From: an uncultured Nitrospiraceae bacterium | GTDB taxonomy: Bacteria > Nitrospirota > Thermodesulfovibrionia > Thermodesulfovibrionales > SM23-35 | Direction: 5' to 3' | DNA length: 64,000 nt | Assembly (NCBI GenBank): GCA_963727775.1 | Contig: CAVSHB010000002.1 | Location: 512,001-576,000, forward strand | Shown here: positions 10,587 through 20,822 of the stretch, piece after piece | How the letters are laid out: the number at the start of each line of letters is the position of its first letter | How positions within the stretch are numbered: position 1 is the first letter of the stretch | Program-made: the position numbers and the translations under genes | Notes under the pieces: model-generated | Seen by the model: the letters and a program-made list of their open reading frames with translations, nothing else | The model's database searches: none | Told to the model about the DNA's origin: nothing

Positions 10587-11381
10587 GTGAAGGCGTTTTT
10601 TTTGAATGTTTTTAATGGCAGGCATATCCTCAGAGCTATGGTCATTAAAGACATAAAGTCAAGATACACAGGTTCTCTCTTTGGACCGCTCTGGATAATA
10701 GTTACCCCTCTTTATCAGATACTCCTTTATACGTTTCTTTTTTCCACTATATTGAGAGTCCGGTTCGACGAGGGCGCCGGGACCTCATCCTTTGTGGTTT
10801 ACCTTCTTGCAGGGATGATCCCATGGCTTTTCTTCTCGGAAGCGACGATGAGGGGAATTTCTGCCTTCATCGACAATGCGCATATAATAAAAAAGGTGAA
10901 ATTTCCGATGGAGGTTTGTGTTGTGACGGTGGTTATCTCATCTGCGGTCACCTTTCTCATATACATGATCTTTTATCTTGTCATGCTCATCTTTATGGGC
11001 GTTCTGAAACTCCAGACAGTTTCGCTCTTCATTTTGCCCGTAGCGATTCAGGTTCTGCTTACTCTCGGACTTTCACTCGGGCTGGGGAGTATCGCGGTTT
11101 TTTTTAGGGATATAACGACGGTGAGCGTTATGGTCCTGAACTTGGTATTTTTTTTGACGCCTATTGTTTACCCTGCAAACGTAATTCCTGAAAAGTTACG
11201 TGGGCTGTTCAATATCAACCCGTTTTATTTCATTGTCGAGATGTACCGGAGTGTGCTGGTGAGAGGAAAACTTCCTGACGCAGTTTCGATTTTTTATCCG
11301 TCCATCTTCGCGATAGTAATATTTCTTGCGGGGTATTACATTTTTAATAAGACAAAAGAGGCGTTTAAGGATATTCTGTGA
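10587..11381 (+). CDS. wzm: Polysaccharide ABC transporter permease (Wzm/TagG)
   Basis: DIKSRYTGS, FLTPIVYP, NP motifs; six TM segments. Confidence 0.9.
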   Translation: MKAFFLNVFNGRHILRAMVIKDIKSRYTGSLFGPLWIIVTPLYQILLYTFLFSTILRVRFDEGAGTSSFVVYLLAGMIPWLFFSEATMRGISAFIDNAHIIKKVKFPMEVCVVTVVISSAVTFLIYMIFYLVMLIFMGVLKLQTVSLFILPVAIQVLLTLGLSLGLGSIAVFFRDITTVSVMVLNLVFFLTPIVYPANVIPEKLRGLFNINPFYFIVEMYRSVLVRGKLPDAVSIFYPSIFAIVIFLAGYYIFNKTKEAFKDIL

Positions 11382-12571
11382 TGAACGGTTTCGGATTCTC
11401 AGTAAAGGCAGAAGGGCTTACAAAGGAATATCATATTTATGACCGTCCTTCGGAGAGACTGAAGGAACTGTTTCTTAAGATGAGAAAACACAGAGTTTTC
11501 AGGGCCCTCGGCGCTTTGGACATCGAGGTACGCAAGGGAGAGACGCTAGGTATCATAGGAGAAAACGGTGCCGGCAAGAGTACTTTCCTCAAACTCGTTG
11601 CAGGCGTTATCGAGCCGTCGTCAGGGATGATCAAGGTGGACGGCAAGATTTCATCGATACTGGAGCTCGGGACAGGGTTTAATCCTGAATTTACTGGAAG
11701 AGAAAATGTGCTTCTCAATGGCGCGCTCCTTGGCCTTTCATCCGGCGAAGTAAACAACAGGATGGAAAGTATAGTGAGATTCGCGGATATCGGGGATTTC
11801 TTTGATATGCCGGTGAAGATGTACTCATCGGGAATGTATATGAGGCTTGCTTTTTCCCTTGCCGTTCACGTCGATGCGGACATTGTTTTAATAGACGAAG
11901 CTCTTGCCGTCGGTGACGGTGCTTTTGAAAAGAAGTGTATTGACAGAATATGGGATTTGAAAAAGAATGGAATTACAATACTCTATTGTTCTCACTCTCT
12001 ATATACTGTGGTAAACTTCTGTGACAGGGCGGTTTGGTTCAAAGAAGGCAGCGTGCAGTGTATCGGCGGTACAAAGGAGGTAACCTCAAGATACGAGGAC
12101 TATTTAAGGGAGAAAGAACGTATCGAAGAGGCGGAAAGGCCCGTAGCTTTGAGCGAGGGCAGTGAGAAAAAAATAGCAGAGGTGAAAAATATCAGGCTCG
12201 TGACTGATGGGCATCCGGTGGGGATTTCTTTGCTGTATTCATCTGATATCGAGGTCGTCGTGGATTTTGAAATCCTTGAAGATGCAAAGGTTCATGTAGG
12301 CTTTGCGATAGACAGGAACGATGGCCTCTGTTGTTACGGGGGTAGTATGCTGAAGCGGGGAATCAAACCCTTTCATGGACCAGGCCATAAAAGGGTATCC
12401 ATCTTTTTCAAGAACCTTCCACTCCTGAACGGTGCATACAAGTTTGTCATTTTCCTGATGGACGAAACCGGTATATGTCTCTTTGACAGAAGGGAATCAC
12501 CCATCGTGAAGGTGAGCACGGAAGAAAAAGAGTGGGGTGTATGCTCTATGGACCATGAGTGGAAAAGGTGA
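11378..12571 (+). CDS. wzt: Polysaccharide ABC transporter ATPase with Wzt C-terminal domain
   Basis: GENGAGKST, YSSGM, IDEALAVGD, C-terminal extension. Confidence 0.92.
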   Translation: MMNGFGFSVKAEGLTKEYHIYDRPSERLKELFLKMRKHRVFRALGALDIEVRKGETLGIIGENGAGKSTFLKLVAGVIEPSSGMIKVDGKISSILELGTGFNPEFTGRENVLLNGALLGLSSGEVNNRMESIVRFADIGDFFDMPVKMYSSGMYMRLAFSLAVHVDADIVLIDEALAVGDGAFEKKCIDRIWDLKKNGITILYCSHSLYTVVNFCDRAVWFKEGSVQCIGGTKEVTSRYEDYLREKERIEEAERPVALSEGSEKKIAEVKNIRLVTDGHPVGISLLYSSDIEVVVDFEILEDAKVHVGFAIDRNDGLCCYGGSMLKRGIKPFHGPGHKRVSIFFKNLPLLNGAYKFVIFLMDETGICLFDRRESPIVKVSTEEKEWGVCSMDHEWKR

Positions 12572-12594
12572 TGTTACCCAATATTGACTGGCCG

Positions 12595-12623
12595 TTGCCT
12601 AAATAATTTTTAGAATCTATAAT
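12595..12623 (+). promoter_or_regulatory. Sigma-70-like promoter with no downstream + strand gene
   Basis: TTGCCT (12595-12600)-17 bp-TATAAT (12618-12623). Confidence 0.45.
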
Positions 12624-12690
12624 CGAATACGGTATGATGCATAATGAGGATTCACGTGTCTGTGGAGTGTGACAATTAGTTTTTCCGCTT

Positions 12691-13338
12691 TTATCTGGTA
12701 GGCGAAGGACGGGTACGCGTTGTCCCTGGTTGAGATCCCCTGCGCTGTATCGGGGGTGCCGCTCCCGGCGGTTGCGGGTGTCCGGGCGCGGGCGCAGCAG
12801 ATGCAGCGGGCGTGGAAGGCGCGGTTGTCCTTTCTCGTGGATGATCGCTGATCGCTACGATTATCTTTTCATTACCCCGTATCATGGTCACTTTATCGGG
12901 TTCTATCTCTTTTAGTGTAAAACCGCTGAGTGAGTCGCCTTTTTTCATGGCCGTTTGTCTTTTTCCCCTCCCTGCCGTATTCCTCGGCGCTTTAGCATCT
13001 TCGAGGTAAGCCAGGCTTACCCCATCCGTTATCAGAGTTCCGAACAGTAAAAAATCCGGCTTGGGCAAAGGTTCTTCAACCTTTTTCTCGACGGGGATCT
13101 TTCTTTCGGGGTGGAAGAGATTCTCGTCGGTGATTAAGGTATATTCCGCGATAGACGGGGTCTGTGCCTGTGTTTCTTCGTCCTCCACAGTTTCCACATT
13201 TTTTTTCGGGGAGGGCGTTGAAAATATGACTTTTACCTCAAGCAACGGCAAGAGGATGTAGGAAGCAAACAGCGTTGCAACAGATATTAATAGTATGTTA
13301 ATTAAACTTATATTTCTTATGACTGATTTTAGATACAT
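12691..13338 (-). CDS. Bitopic membrane protein, putative T2SS GspC/GspN-like component
   Basis: Start reassigned to MYLKSV (13338); N-terminal TM, NLFHPERK, LFGTLI...AYL...KGD-x-LSGFTLKEI, Pro-rich tail; same strand as the gsp genes. Confidence 0.5.
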   Translation of the reverse strand: MYLKSVIRNISLINILLISVATLFASYILLPLLEVKVIFSTPSPKKNVETVEDEETQAQTPSIAEYTLITDENLFHPERKIPVEKKVEEPLPKPDFLLFGTLITDGVSLAYLEDAKAPRNTAGRGKRQTAMKKGDSLSGFTLKEIEPDKVTMIRGNEKIIVAISDHPRERTTAPSTPAASAAPAPGHPQPPGAAPPIQRRGSQPGTTRTRPSPTR

Positions 13339-13500
13339 TTTAATGAACCGGATATAATAAATTTTACCACAAAGGGAGCCGGCAATGCTGTCACCCCTGC
13401 TTATTAAGATGCCCGGCATATTATGATAATCTTTAAAATTATGATAATATAAAAAACAAGCTCGTAATAATTGTAATAATAACGACATGAAATGTAAAAT

Positions 13501-13600
13501 CTCTCCTACCCTTCCTTATTCCAAAGGGAGGTCGAAGCGACTCTGCGCGAAGACTCGCTGCAATAATACCCCTCTTTGATAAAGAGGGGAAAGGGTAGTT
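13501..13600. repeat. Intergenic palindromic (REP-like) element
   Basis: Outer arms ctaccctt (13506)/aagggtag (13591) enclose two hairpins, including cccctcttt/aaagagggg (13569-13589). Confidence 0.55.
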
Positions 13601-13659
13601 TATGATTCATATCTGTCCGATTTTGAGACAATTAATAATCGGCTTAAGCATGAAAGGCG

Positions 13660-14979
13660 ATGATGAAAATATTAGTTGCTGACGACGACAAAAATCTTAG
13701 GAAAGTCCTTGTGAATGAACTTTCCGAGAGCGGCTTTGAGGTCTGTGAGACGGACAACGGCATTAAGGCGATGGAGTTTCTCGAAAAAGAAGAATATGAT
13801 ATTTTGCTTTTAGACCTGAATATGCCCGGGCTTGGCGGTATTGATGTCCTGAAAAAAGTTAAGGACCGGGAGATCCCTACTGAGGTAATAATCCTGACGG
13901 CCCATGCCACGGTATCTACAGCAGTCGATGCGATGAAGACAGGCGCGTATGATTATATGACGAAGCCCTTCCAGGTAGATGAACTCATGGCGATTATCGA
14001 GAAGGCATATGAGAAGAAGAAGCTCATTAATGAAAATCTTCTCCTGAAATCCCAGATAAAAAGACAGACGAAAACAAAGGAGATTATTTACAAGAGCCGG
14101 CTTATGTTCGAAGTCCTGGAAAATGTGAAAAAGTTTGCCGTATCGGATTTGCCGATTCTTATTTCCGGTGAAAGCGGCGTCGGCAAGGAACTCATCGCAA
14201 GTACTATACATGAGGTTTCAAAAAGATGTGACGGGCCCTTCATTCCGATTAATTGCGGCGCCATCCCCGACACAATGCTTGAAAGCGAACTTATGGGACA
14301 TGAGAAGGGCGCATTTACAGGCGCCTATATAAAAAAGTTAGGGTTATTGGAAATAGCCAACCACGGTACTTTGTTTCTTGATGAGATAAGCGAACTGGAT
14401 TTGCAACTTCAATCAAAACTTCTCAGGGTCATTGAGACGGGAAGCTTTTTCAGGGTAGGCGGCATTAAAGAAATTAAGGTTGATGTAAGGTTTGTATCCG
14501 CTACAAATAAAGACCTGAAAAAGGACATTGATTCCGGTGTTTTCAGGCCCGATCTTTATTACCGCATAAGCGCGTTGACTATCCAAATCCCTCCACTGAG
14601 GGACAGAAAAGAGGACATTCCGTTGATCGTTGATCATATCATCAGGAGTAATGCTTCCTTCAAGAACAAAAAAGTCAGCAGGAAGGCATTGGATATCCTT
14701 TCGGAATATTCATGGCCGGGGAATGTGAGAGAATTGCAGAATGTTATCCACAGGGCTTTATTTTTATCAAAAACTAACGTAATAGAACCCCATGATTTAC
14801 CACCCGATCTCATGTCCGACCGGAAGATTTCCGGGCAGAGACTCGAAGATATAGAAAGAGAACATATCCTTAAAGTTTTTAGGGAAGTGAACGGACAAAA
14901 AAGAAGGGCAGCCGAGGTACTCGGGATAGACCCAAAGACATTGTACAGGAAGTTATCTTTTTACGATATAAAGGAATAA
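13660..14979 (+). CDS. Sigma-54-dependent response regulator (NtrC family)
   Basis: REC (ADDD, LLD, KPF), GESGVGKE, GAFTGA, WPGNVREL, Fis HTH. Confidence 0.95.
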   Translation: MMKILVADDDKNLRKVLVNELSESGFEVCETDNGIKAMEFLEKEEYDILLLDLNMPGLGGIDVLKKVKDREIPTEVIILTAHATVSTAVDAMKTGAYDYMTKPFQVDELMAIIEKAYEKKKLINENLLLKSQIKRQTKTKEIIYKSRLMFEVLENVKKFAVSDLPILISGESGVGKELIASTIHEVSKRCDGPFIPINCGAIPDTMLESELMGHEKGAFTGAYIKKLGLLEIANHGTLFLDEISELDLQLQSKLLRVIETGSFFRVGGIKEIKVDVRFVSATNKDLKKDIDSGVFRPDLYYRISALTIQIPPLRDRKEDIPLIVDHIIRSNASFKNKKVSRKALDILSEYSWPGNVRELQNVIHRALFLSKTNVIEPHDLPPDLMSDRKISGQRLEDIEREHILKVFREVNGQKRRAAEVLGIDPKTLYRKLSFYDIKE

Positions 14980-15080
14980 GTATCAGCCCCTGTATTTACT
15001 GCTGTCTGTTCGGCCGTGTAGCGCAAAGCATGATACGGATACCGGTGTCATACTGAATATGTTTCATTATCAATAAAGAA

Positions 15081-17030
15081 ATGACTGACAACCCTATCAA
15101 AATTCTGTTGATCGAAGACAACCCGGCGGACGTCGAATTGGTAAAGGAAATGATCTACGACGTGAAATCAGTCCAATTCGAGTTTTCCCATTTTGACAAG
15201 TTGGGCTCTGCTTTAGACTTTTTATCCAACCGGAGTGTGGACATTATTCTGCTGGACCTTTCACTGCCGGATGCGCACGGGATCGATACCGTTATCAGAA
15301 CACGGACCGTTCTGCCGGGTGTCCCCATTGTGGTAATGAGCGGCCTGGGGGACGAAGAGACTGCAATCAAGGCAGTGCATGAAGGCGCGCAGGACTACCT
15401 TGTTAAGGGGCAGGTGGATAGCAATCTGCTGGTCCGCTCTGTGCTGTATTCGATTGAACGCAAACAGGCGGAAGAAGCGCTGCGTAAGTTGAACGATGAA
15501 CTGGAGACGCGGGTCCAGCAGAGGACTGAAGAACTGCTGAAGATGAACCGGGCGCTTCAGGAAAGCGAACGAAAGTACCGCATGCTGATAGAACAGGCAT
15601 CAGACGGAATATTTATTCTGGACCACCTGGGCAATATCGCTGATATCAATTCAACAGCATGCCGGATGCTCGGCTTTACCCGGGAAGAGCTTTTGCTCCT
15701 CAACATTAGAGAGCTTATCCCCGTAAAAGACCTTGCGGCTGTCCCGCTGCGTATTAATGATGTCCTCGCGGGAGAAAAAGTGGTCATTGAAAGGAGATTC
15801 CGGCGCAAAGACAATGCGTTAATCAATGTGGAAATAAGCGCTAATATACTCAATGACGGCAGGGTGCAAACCATCGTTCGGGACCTTACCGAGCGCAGGA
15901 AGGCTGATGAAGCGTTGCGCATGAGTAAGGCAAGTCTTGCCATGGCCCAGCGGATTGCACATGTCGGGAGTTGGGACTGGGATATACAAACAAAAGAATT
16001 GACATGGTCCGACGAGATCTATCGTATTTTCGGGCTGATACCCGGGCAATCTGTTGCGACATACGACGCGCTTGTAAATTCTGTTCATCCTGAAGACAGA
16101 GAATTTATGAAGAAGGCCTTGACTGAGGCATTATACGGTAAACCTTACAGTATAGAACACCGGATCGTACTCCCTGACGGCTCAATTCGGGTTGTCCATG
16201 AACAGGGAAAAGTTACCTTCGGAGAGAGCGGCGAACCGGTACGAATGCACGGAACAGTCCAGGACATTACAGATAAAAAAGAAAAAGAACTCCGACTTCA
16301 TATGACCGAAAAGCTTGCTGCTCTCGGACAGATGGCCTCCGGCATAGCGCACGAGATAAACAACCCCCTTGCGACCATAGGGGCATGCTCTGACGGTTTG
16401 CTTAACAGGCTGAAAAAAGGACGGTTTGACGATGAATTATTTGAAAACTATTTAAAAATCATTAATGAAGAAGTTATAAGGTGCAAGGGCATTACGACGA
16501 GCATGCTTTCTTTTGTAAGGGAAGCGACCTATGAAAGGAAAGATGTAGATATCCATTCTATCCTTGACAATACCCTTGAGTTGATCACTCTTCAAGGCAG
16601 GTTAAAAGATATTGAAGTAATAAAAAACTATGAAGGTATGTTAATCGTTCGTGGAAGCGAGGGGGAACTGAGACAGGTTATTTTGACAATTATTGTGAAT
16701 GCCCTCGACGCCATGAGAGACAGAGGCGCCCTCACCTTAAGCACAGGCATAATCCCTTATGGCCCTATTGCCCCGGACAGCTTTGAAAATGACGAAGAGA
16801 AAGGCGGAGACAGAGGTGTGTTCATAAAAATCTGCGATACAGGTCCGGGTGTGCCTCCCGATATTACGAGCAGGATCTTCGACCCATTTTTTACGACCAA
16901 ATCAACTGAAGGAGGGGTGGGACTCGGGCTTTCCATAGCTCATAAAATCATTAAAGACCATAGCGGCACTATCACAGTTGCCTCCGGGAAAGACAGAGGC
17001 ACTGTTTTTGAAATAATATTACCCGCATAA
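15081..17030 (+). CDS. REC-PAS-PAS histidine kinase
   Basis: N-terminal receiver, two PAS domains, AHEINNPL H-box, DTGPG, FDPFFTTK, GLGLS. Confidence 0.93.
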   Translation: MTDNPIKILLIEDNPADVELVKEMIYDVKSVQFEFSHFDKLGSALDFLSNRSVDIILLDLSLPDAHGIDTVIRTRTVLPGVPIVVMSGLGDEETAIKAVHEGAQDYLVKGQVDSNLLVRSVLYSIERKQAEEALRKLNDELETRVQQRTEELLKMNRALQESERKYRMLIEQASDGIFILDHLGNIADINSTACRMLGFTREELLLLNIRELIPVKDLAAVPLRINDVLAGEKVVIERRFRRKDNALINVEISANILNDGRVQTIVRDLTERRKADEALRMSKASLAMAQRIAHVGSWDWDIQTKELTWSDEIYRIFGLIPGQSVATYDALVNSVHPEDREFMKKALTEALYGKPYSIEHRIVLPDGSIRVVHEQGKVTFGESGEPVRMHGTVQDITDKKEKELRLHMTEKLAALGQMASGIAHEINNPLATIGACSDGLLNRLKKGRFDDELFENYLKIINEEVIRCKGITTSMLSFVREATYERKDVDIHSILDNTLELITLQGRLKDIEVIKNYEGMLIVRGSEGELRQVILTIIVNALDAMRDRGALTLSTGIIPYGPIAPDSFENDEEKGGDRGVFIKICDTGPGVPPDITSRIFDPFFTTKSTEGGVGLGLSIAHKIIKDHSGTITVASGKDRGTVFEIILPA

Positions 17031-17089
17031 CTTTTATCGGAAAAGAAGAAGCAGCTTGAACTGATAAAAATCCGGTATAAAAGGTTCTC

Positions 17090-17641
17090 TTATTTGCCGG
17101 TTGTTATGGCAGATATGTCTAATTTTACTACTTGATCTCTCGGGTCTCTGAAGTTTCTGACCCTGATATCAATATCTTTTACAACAAGATAAGGGGTCCT
17201 TGTCTCTATAGCGTAAAGTATGTCCCTCAGCGCCCTTGGATCCGGTAAAATCGTGTCCATACTTACCGTTACAACCTTGAACTTGCCGAGGTCTTCAGGT
17301 TTTACCGTCCGCTCGCTTGATATCGTTCCTCCGCTGCGGGTCACAATGTCTTTGACTGTGTCCTGCAATGTGGCGGCCACCAGAGAAAGGGTTTTCCCCT
17401 CTATAAGCTTCGAATTATTATCCTTTCTTTGTTCTTTCAGTGCGGCAAGTTTTTTCTCTAACTGGGGTTTTTCCGCTATAAGGGTTATGTATTTTTCGAG
17501 CGTCTTTGTTTTTACAGCCTGGCTTTCCTTAATGGAAGCCACCCCGGTCTGAATCCCCATAAAGACATACTGGTAAAAAAAGAAACCTGCTAATATAATC
17601 ATGACGGGGATGCCGATGATTAATGTCCTATTCTTCTTCAT
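17090..17641 (-). CDS. gspM: Type II secretion protein M-like
   Basis: N-terminal TM, coiled coil, IE-x-x-x-PYL-x-V pattern; operon position. Confidence 0.65.
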   Translation of the reverse strand: MKKNRTLIIGIPVMIILAGFFFYQYVFMGIQTGVASIKESQAVKTKTLEKYITLIAEKPQLEKKLAALKEQRKDNNSKLIEGKTLSLVAATLQDTVKDIVTRSGGTISSERTVKPEDLGKFKVVTVSMDTILPDPRALRDILYAIETRTPYLVVKDIDIRVRNFRDPRDQVVKLDISAITTGK

Positions 17642-19163
17642 CAGATGCCTCTTTTGTTTTTCCCGCGCCTTCTATCTCCATTTTTATGTTAAACCTGTCT
17701 GCGTTCATCCTTGTGTCCCTGAATGTAGGCGAAGAAAATTCAGCCTTTCTAAAATATTTTGACGCTTCGAGCTTTGAGAGAATTCCCGTGGCAGAAGCGG
17801 CATATCCCTCCAGTTCAACAGTTGTCGGTGAAATTCTCACCCTCGACAACCAGGCGCTTTTAGGCATAATTGACGTGAGTTCTTTGAGAATGTCTAATGC
17901 CATCGGCCTGTTTTCCTTGAAATTGTCGATGGTGGAAATTTCGGTATCCAGTGCTCCGATCTCTTTTTTCAAAGCCTCGACCTTTTTGACCTCTTCTTTC
18001 CTGAGCATAATCTGACGGTCGATTTGATGAAGCCTTTGTCCTTCTATCCTGAAAGGGGCGACTAAATAGAGTGCCCACATGACCAGTATTGAGATGATAA
18101 GGACTATGGTCAATGCCATGGGTGTCTTTGCTTTTTCATGATGCCCTTTGGAAAAAAGATTCAACCCTTTACCCTTAGGCCATAGTGATTCCAAAGCCCC
18201 GCCAAGTGCGGCATAAGGGATTTCTTTATTATCCCCTGGAAGGCCGATTTTTATGTCCGTATCATTCAGTATCTTTACAGGAAGATTTGCCTGTGATTTT
18301 AATAATTCTTTCATGGAAGAGCTTTTGTCTTTTAAAAGCGCTAAAATCTGCGACTGTTTTCCGCTCTGTTTAACGGCGTCTAAATGCGGAGCAATTTCCG
18401 TCAAAATCCGGGCTGTTTTTGCCTTGTCATCTTCTGTCGTAAAACTGCCGGTAACGACTCCGGATATTGAGCCGTTTAAAAAGAGCGCGCCCTCGTATCC
18501 GTCTTTCTTAATTTCCAAAAAAATAGAATTTGTATTGTTGTCCATGTAATTACACAAAGTTTTGATACCCGACAGATTTACTGTTAACCTTCCTGGGGAA
18601 ATCCCTTCTTCCCTGAGGGCATCGATATACCGCCTGATAATGTCGGCCTTTGTCGCCACGATCAAGATGGAAATCTTTCCGGCATTTTCGTTCAGTATCC
18701 TGAAATCATAGTATGCGTCTGCTGAAGCAAACGGAGTAATCCTATCCAGTTCATATGAGACAGCGTCTGACAGGTTTTCTTTTACCGCTGCCGGAAACTC
18801 AGCGGTCTTTATAACAGTCCATGCTTTCGGGATGCACAGAGAGACCTCAGCCCCCAGGGCGCCAAGGTCATTTATGGCTAAGGACAATGAAGATGCTACG
18901 GCGTCCGGCTGAGGATATTTCCCTTCTTCAAAGGGATATTCTCTTGTACCATTTATCCTGATCTTTGAAAGGAATCTTGAGCCGTAAACTGCGGATAAGT
19001 TGCCCTCCTTAAGAGAAGCGGATAATGCTTTTGCAGGATAGATGCTGTCGTCTCCAAGGTTAAAAGAGAGTATTTTCCATATCGGCGCAGAGAGCCTTTG
19101 AAAAAAGCTTGAGGAAGTTGAGGCAAAAGCCGTTAATTTGGTAGTGATGGTCGAGCTGTTCAT
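17628..19163 (-). CDS. gspL: Type II secretion protein L / PilN-domain protein
   Basis: Actin-like cytoplasmic region, NL motif before the TM, periplasmic ELEGYA...LEASKYF. Confidence 0.7.
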   Translation of the reverse strand: MNSSTITTKLTAFASTSSSFFQRLSAPIWKILSFNLGDDSIYPAKALSASLKEGNLSAVYGSRFLSKIRINGTREYPFEEGKYPQPDAVASSLSLAINDLGALGAEVSLCIPKAWTVIKTAEFPAAVKENLSDAVSYELDRITPFASADAYYDFRILNENAGKISILIVATKADIIRRYIDALREEGISPGRLTVNLSGIKTLCNYMDNNTNSIFLEIKKDGYEGALFLNGSISGVVTGSFTTEDDKAKTARILTEIAPHLDAVKQSGKQSQILALLKDKSSSMKELLKSQANLPVKILNDTDIKIGLPGDNKEIPYAALGGALESLWPKGKGLNLFSKGHHEKAKTPMALTIVLIISILVMWALYLVAPFRIEGQRLHQIDRQIMLRKEEVKKVEALKKEIGALDTEISTIDNFKENRPMALDILKELTSIMPKSAWLSRVRISPTTVELEGYAASATGILSKLEASKYFRKAEFSSPTFRDTRMNADRFNIKMEIEGAGKTKEASDEEE

Positions 19164-20152
19164 TGCTTTGAGGTCACAGGGCTTTTATAATAGACATACT
19201 TAAACAGATCGGAAGCGCTGATGTCGGATAGGTTAACCGTTGCCCTGATTGTATAGCCTCCTTTTTCATTCTCTTTGTAACCGGAAGCGTCTATCGTGAA
19301 GGTATTGGTCCCCTCAGTGCTGATATACGCCGACATCAAAGTATAGTTGCTGCCGAGAATTTCCTGGACATCCTGTATGCTTTGTATCTCCTTGGTCTGC
19401 CTGACGGCTATTATACCATCAGCAATGTCAGGAGACATACCGGGGATTGCCATCAGGACCTCTTTAGGCGCAGCATTTATATTAATCATGTTCGTCTTTG
19501 CATTGACAGTGAGGAAATCGATAAGGCCTCTTTTCTCGCTGTTTCCATAAAGAATTTCCGGCGTCACTCCTTTTACCAGAAGGAGCTCTTCTAAAGTATC
19601 AAAGTCGGAGTTTTTGGCTTTATAAGGATTCGGCAGTGACTGGTAATAATCACTCTCGGCCCCGTGAAGCCTGGTAAGGTCATCAGCGTCCTTCCAGTCC
19701 ATCACCGAGTCCACAATAGTATCTGCTTCTTCAGCCGTGACCCCATAGTTTAACAAGAGATTTTTTAATACTAACTCAGATGTATTGTTTATGTCCACTT
19801 TCCCGGACTCGTCCGTGATCTTTACAGTGTAGTAGCCGCTTCCGAACTGGTCTTTATAGGCTGTGCCGTCTGTTTTCCATATCCCCAGGCCTTCAAGTTC
19901 AACGGTCTCATTCTTATGTTGGTTCCTGTAATATAGTTCCATTATTCCTCTTTCAATACCAGCTTCCGCAATAAACTTCTTTTCCATGCCGCCTTTAAAA
20001 GCCAGCGTCGCATTTGTCTCCGTCCTTGCCATAAATGAAAACGACATGACAATAACCAAGAGTATTGTCAGCACCCATAGCACCATCATCAGCGCAATGC
20101 CTTCTTCAGATGCCGCCGGATTTTCAAGTAATAATTTATTTTGCATGTTCAT
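19160..20152 (-). CDS. gspK: Minor pseudopilin GspK
   Basis: GIALMMVLW, DESGKVDIN, DWKDADD, GAE-x-x-YY, EELLLVKG, ININAAP. Confidence 0.9.
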   Translation of the reverse strand: MNMQNKLLLENPAASEEGIALMMVLWVLTILLVIVMSFSFMARTETNATLAFKGGMEKKFIAEAGIERGIMELYYRNQHKNETVELEGLGIWKTDGTAYKDQFGSGYYTVKITDESGKVDINNTSELVLKNLLLNYGVTAEEADTIVDSVMDWKDADDLTRLHGAESDYYQSLPNPYKAKNSDFDTLEELLLVKGVTPEILYGNSEKRGLIDFLTVNAKTNMININAAPKEVLMAIPGMSPDIADGIIAVRQTKEIQSIQDVQEILGSNYTLMSAYISTEGTNTFTIDASGYKENEKGGYTIRATVNLSDISASDLFKYVYYKSPVTSKQ

Positions 20153-20162
20153 TATAATTGCA

Positions 20163-20822
20163 TTAATTTCCTGCTGCGCGAATAGAAGCGCCGGCGCCAG
20201 CCAGACCCTCAGCTGTCCCTTGTGCCCGTAAGGGGATTATAAGTGCAAGGTCTCTCCCCCCTTCAATGAGATGCAACCTAACCTCTTTGGGGGTATTTGC
20301 ATCGTCTGTCCATTGCTCTACCCATTTGCCTTCTTCTTCTGTCGGGTCTTTAAAAAAATATTCGAAATATATCCTTTCGAATGTATCGAAAAGCTTTGTC
20401 TCCCTTGTTCCTTCAAGTCCTACAACATTTTCCGAAGCATATAAAACCTGTCTTCCGTTATCTCCGGATTTCACTGAATAGGTGACGAGCACGTAACCTT
20501 TTTCCCCGCCCCATATGGAATAATTTGACGAAAACTGCATAAGCTCTCTCTCTCCCTTGAAATAGTATTTCTTGTTTTCGCCGTCTTCATAGGTGAGAGG
20601 AATATATGACTGGACCTGTGAGTCTATGAGGGTGAGCGATGACCTGGCCCTCTCGGATGTCTCAATTTTTTTCCCTCCCGATTCTACAGCCCGTGATCCG
20701 AGTCTCATGGCGCCCATGACAATCAATGTAATAATCCCGATTAATGCGATGGAAATAGTTAATTCAAGGAGGGTGAACCCTCTGTTTCCCCCGCTGATCA
20801 TCCTGCACCGTGAACAAATCAT
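20163..20822 (-). CDS. gspJ: Minor pseudopilin GspJ
   Basis: Prepilin motif RGFTLLEL; position in operon. Confidence 0.75.
   Translation of the reverse strand: MICSRCRMISGGNRGFTLLELTISIALIGIITLIVMGAMRLGSRAVESGGKKIETSERARSSLTLIDSQVQSYIPLTYEDGENKKYYFKGERELMQFSSNYSIWGGEKGYVLVTYSVKSGDNGRQVLYASENVVGLEGTRETKLFDTFERIYFEYFFKDPTEEEGKWVEQWTDDANTPKEVRLHLIEGGRDLALIIPLRAQGTAEGLAGAGASIRAAGN

Noticed and set aside
13339..13488. N-terminal extension of the 12691..13488 ORF
   Set aside because: AT-rich, promoter-like sequence; MYLKSV at 13338 directly precedes the TM helix
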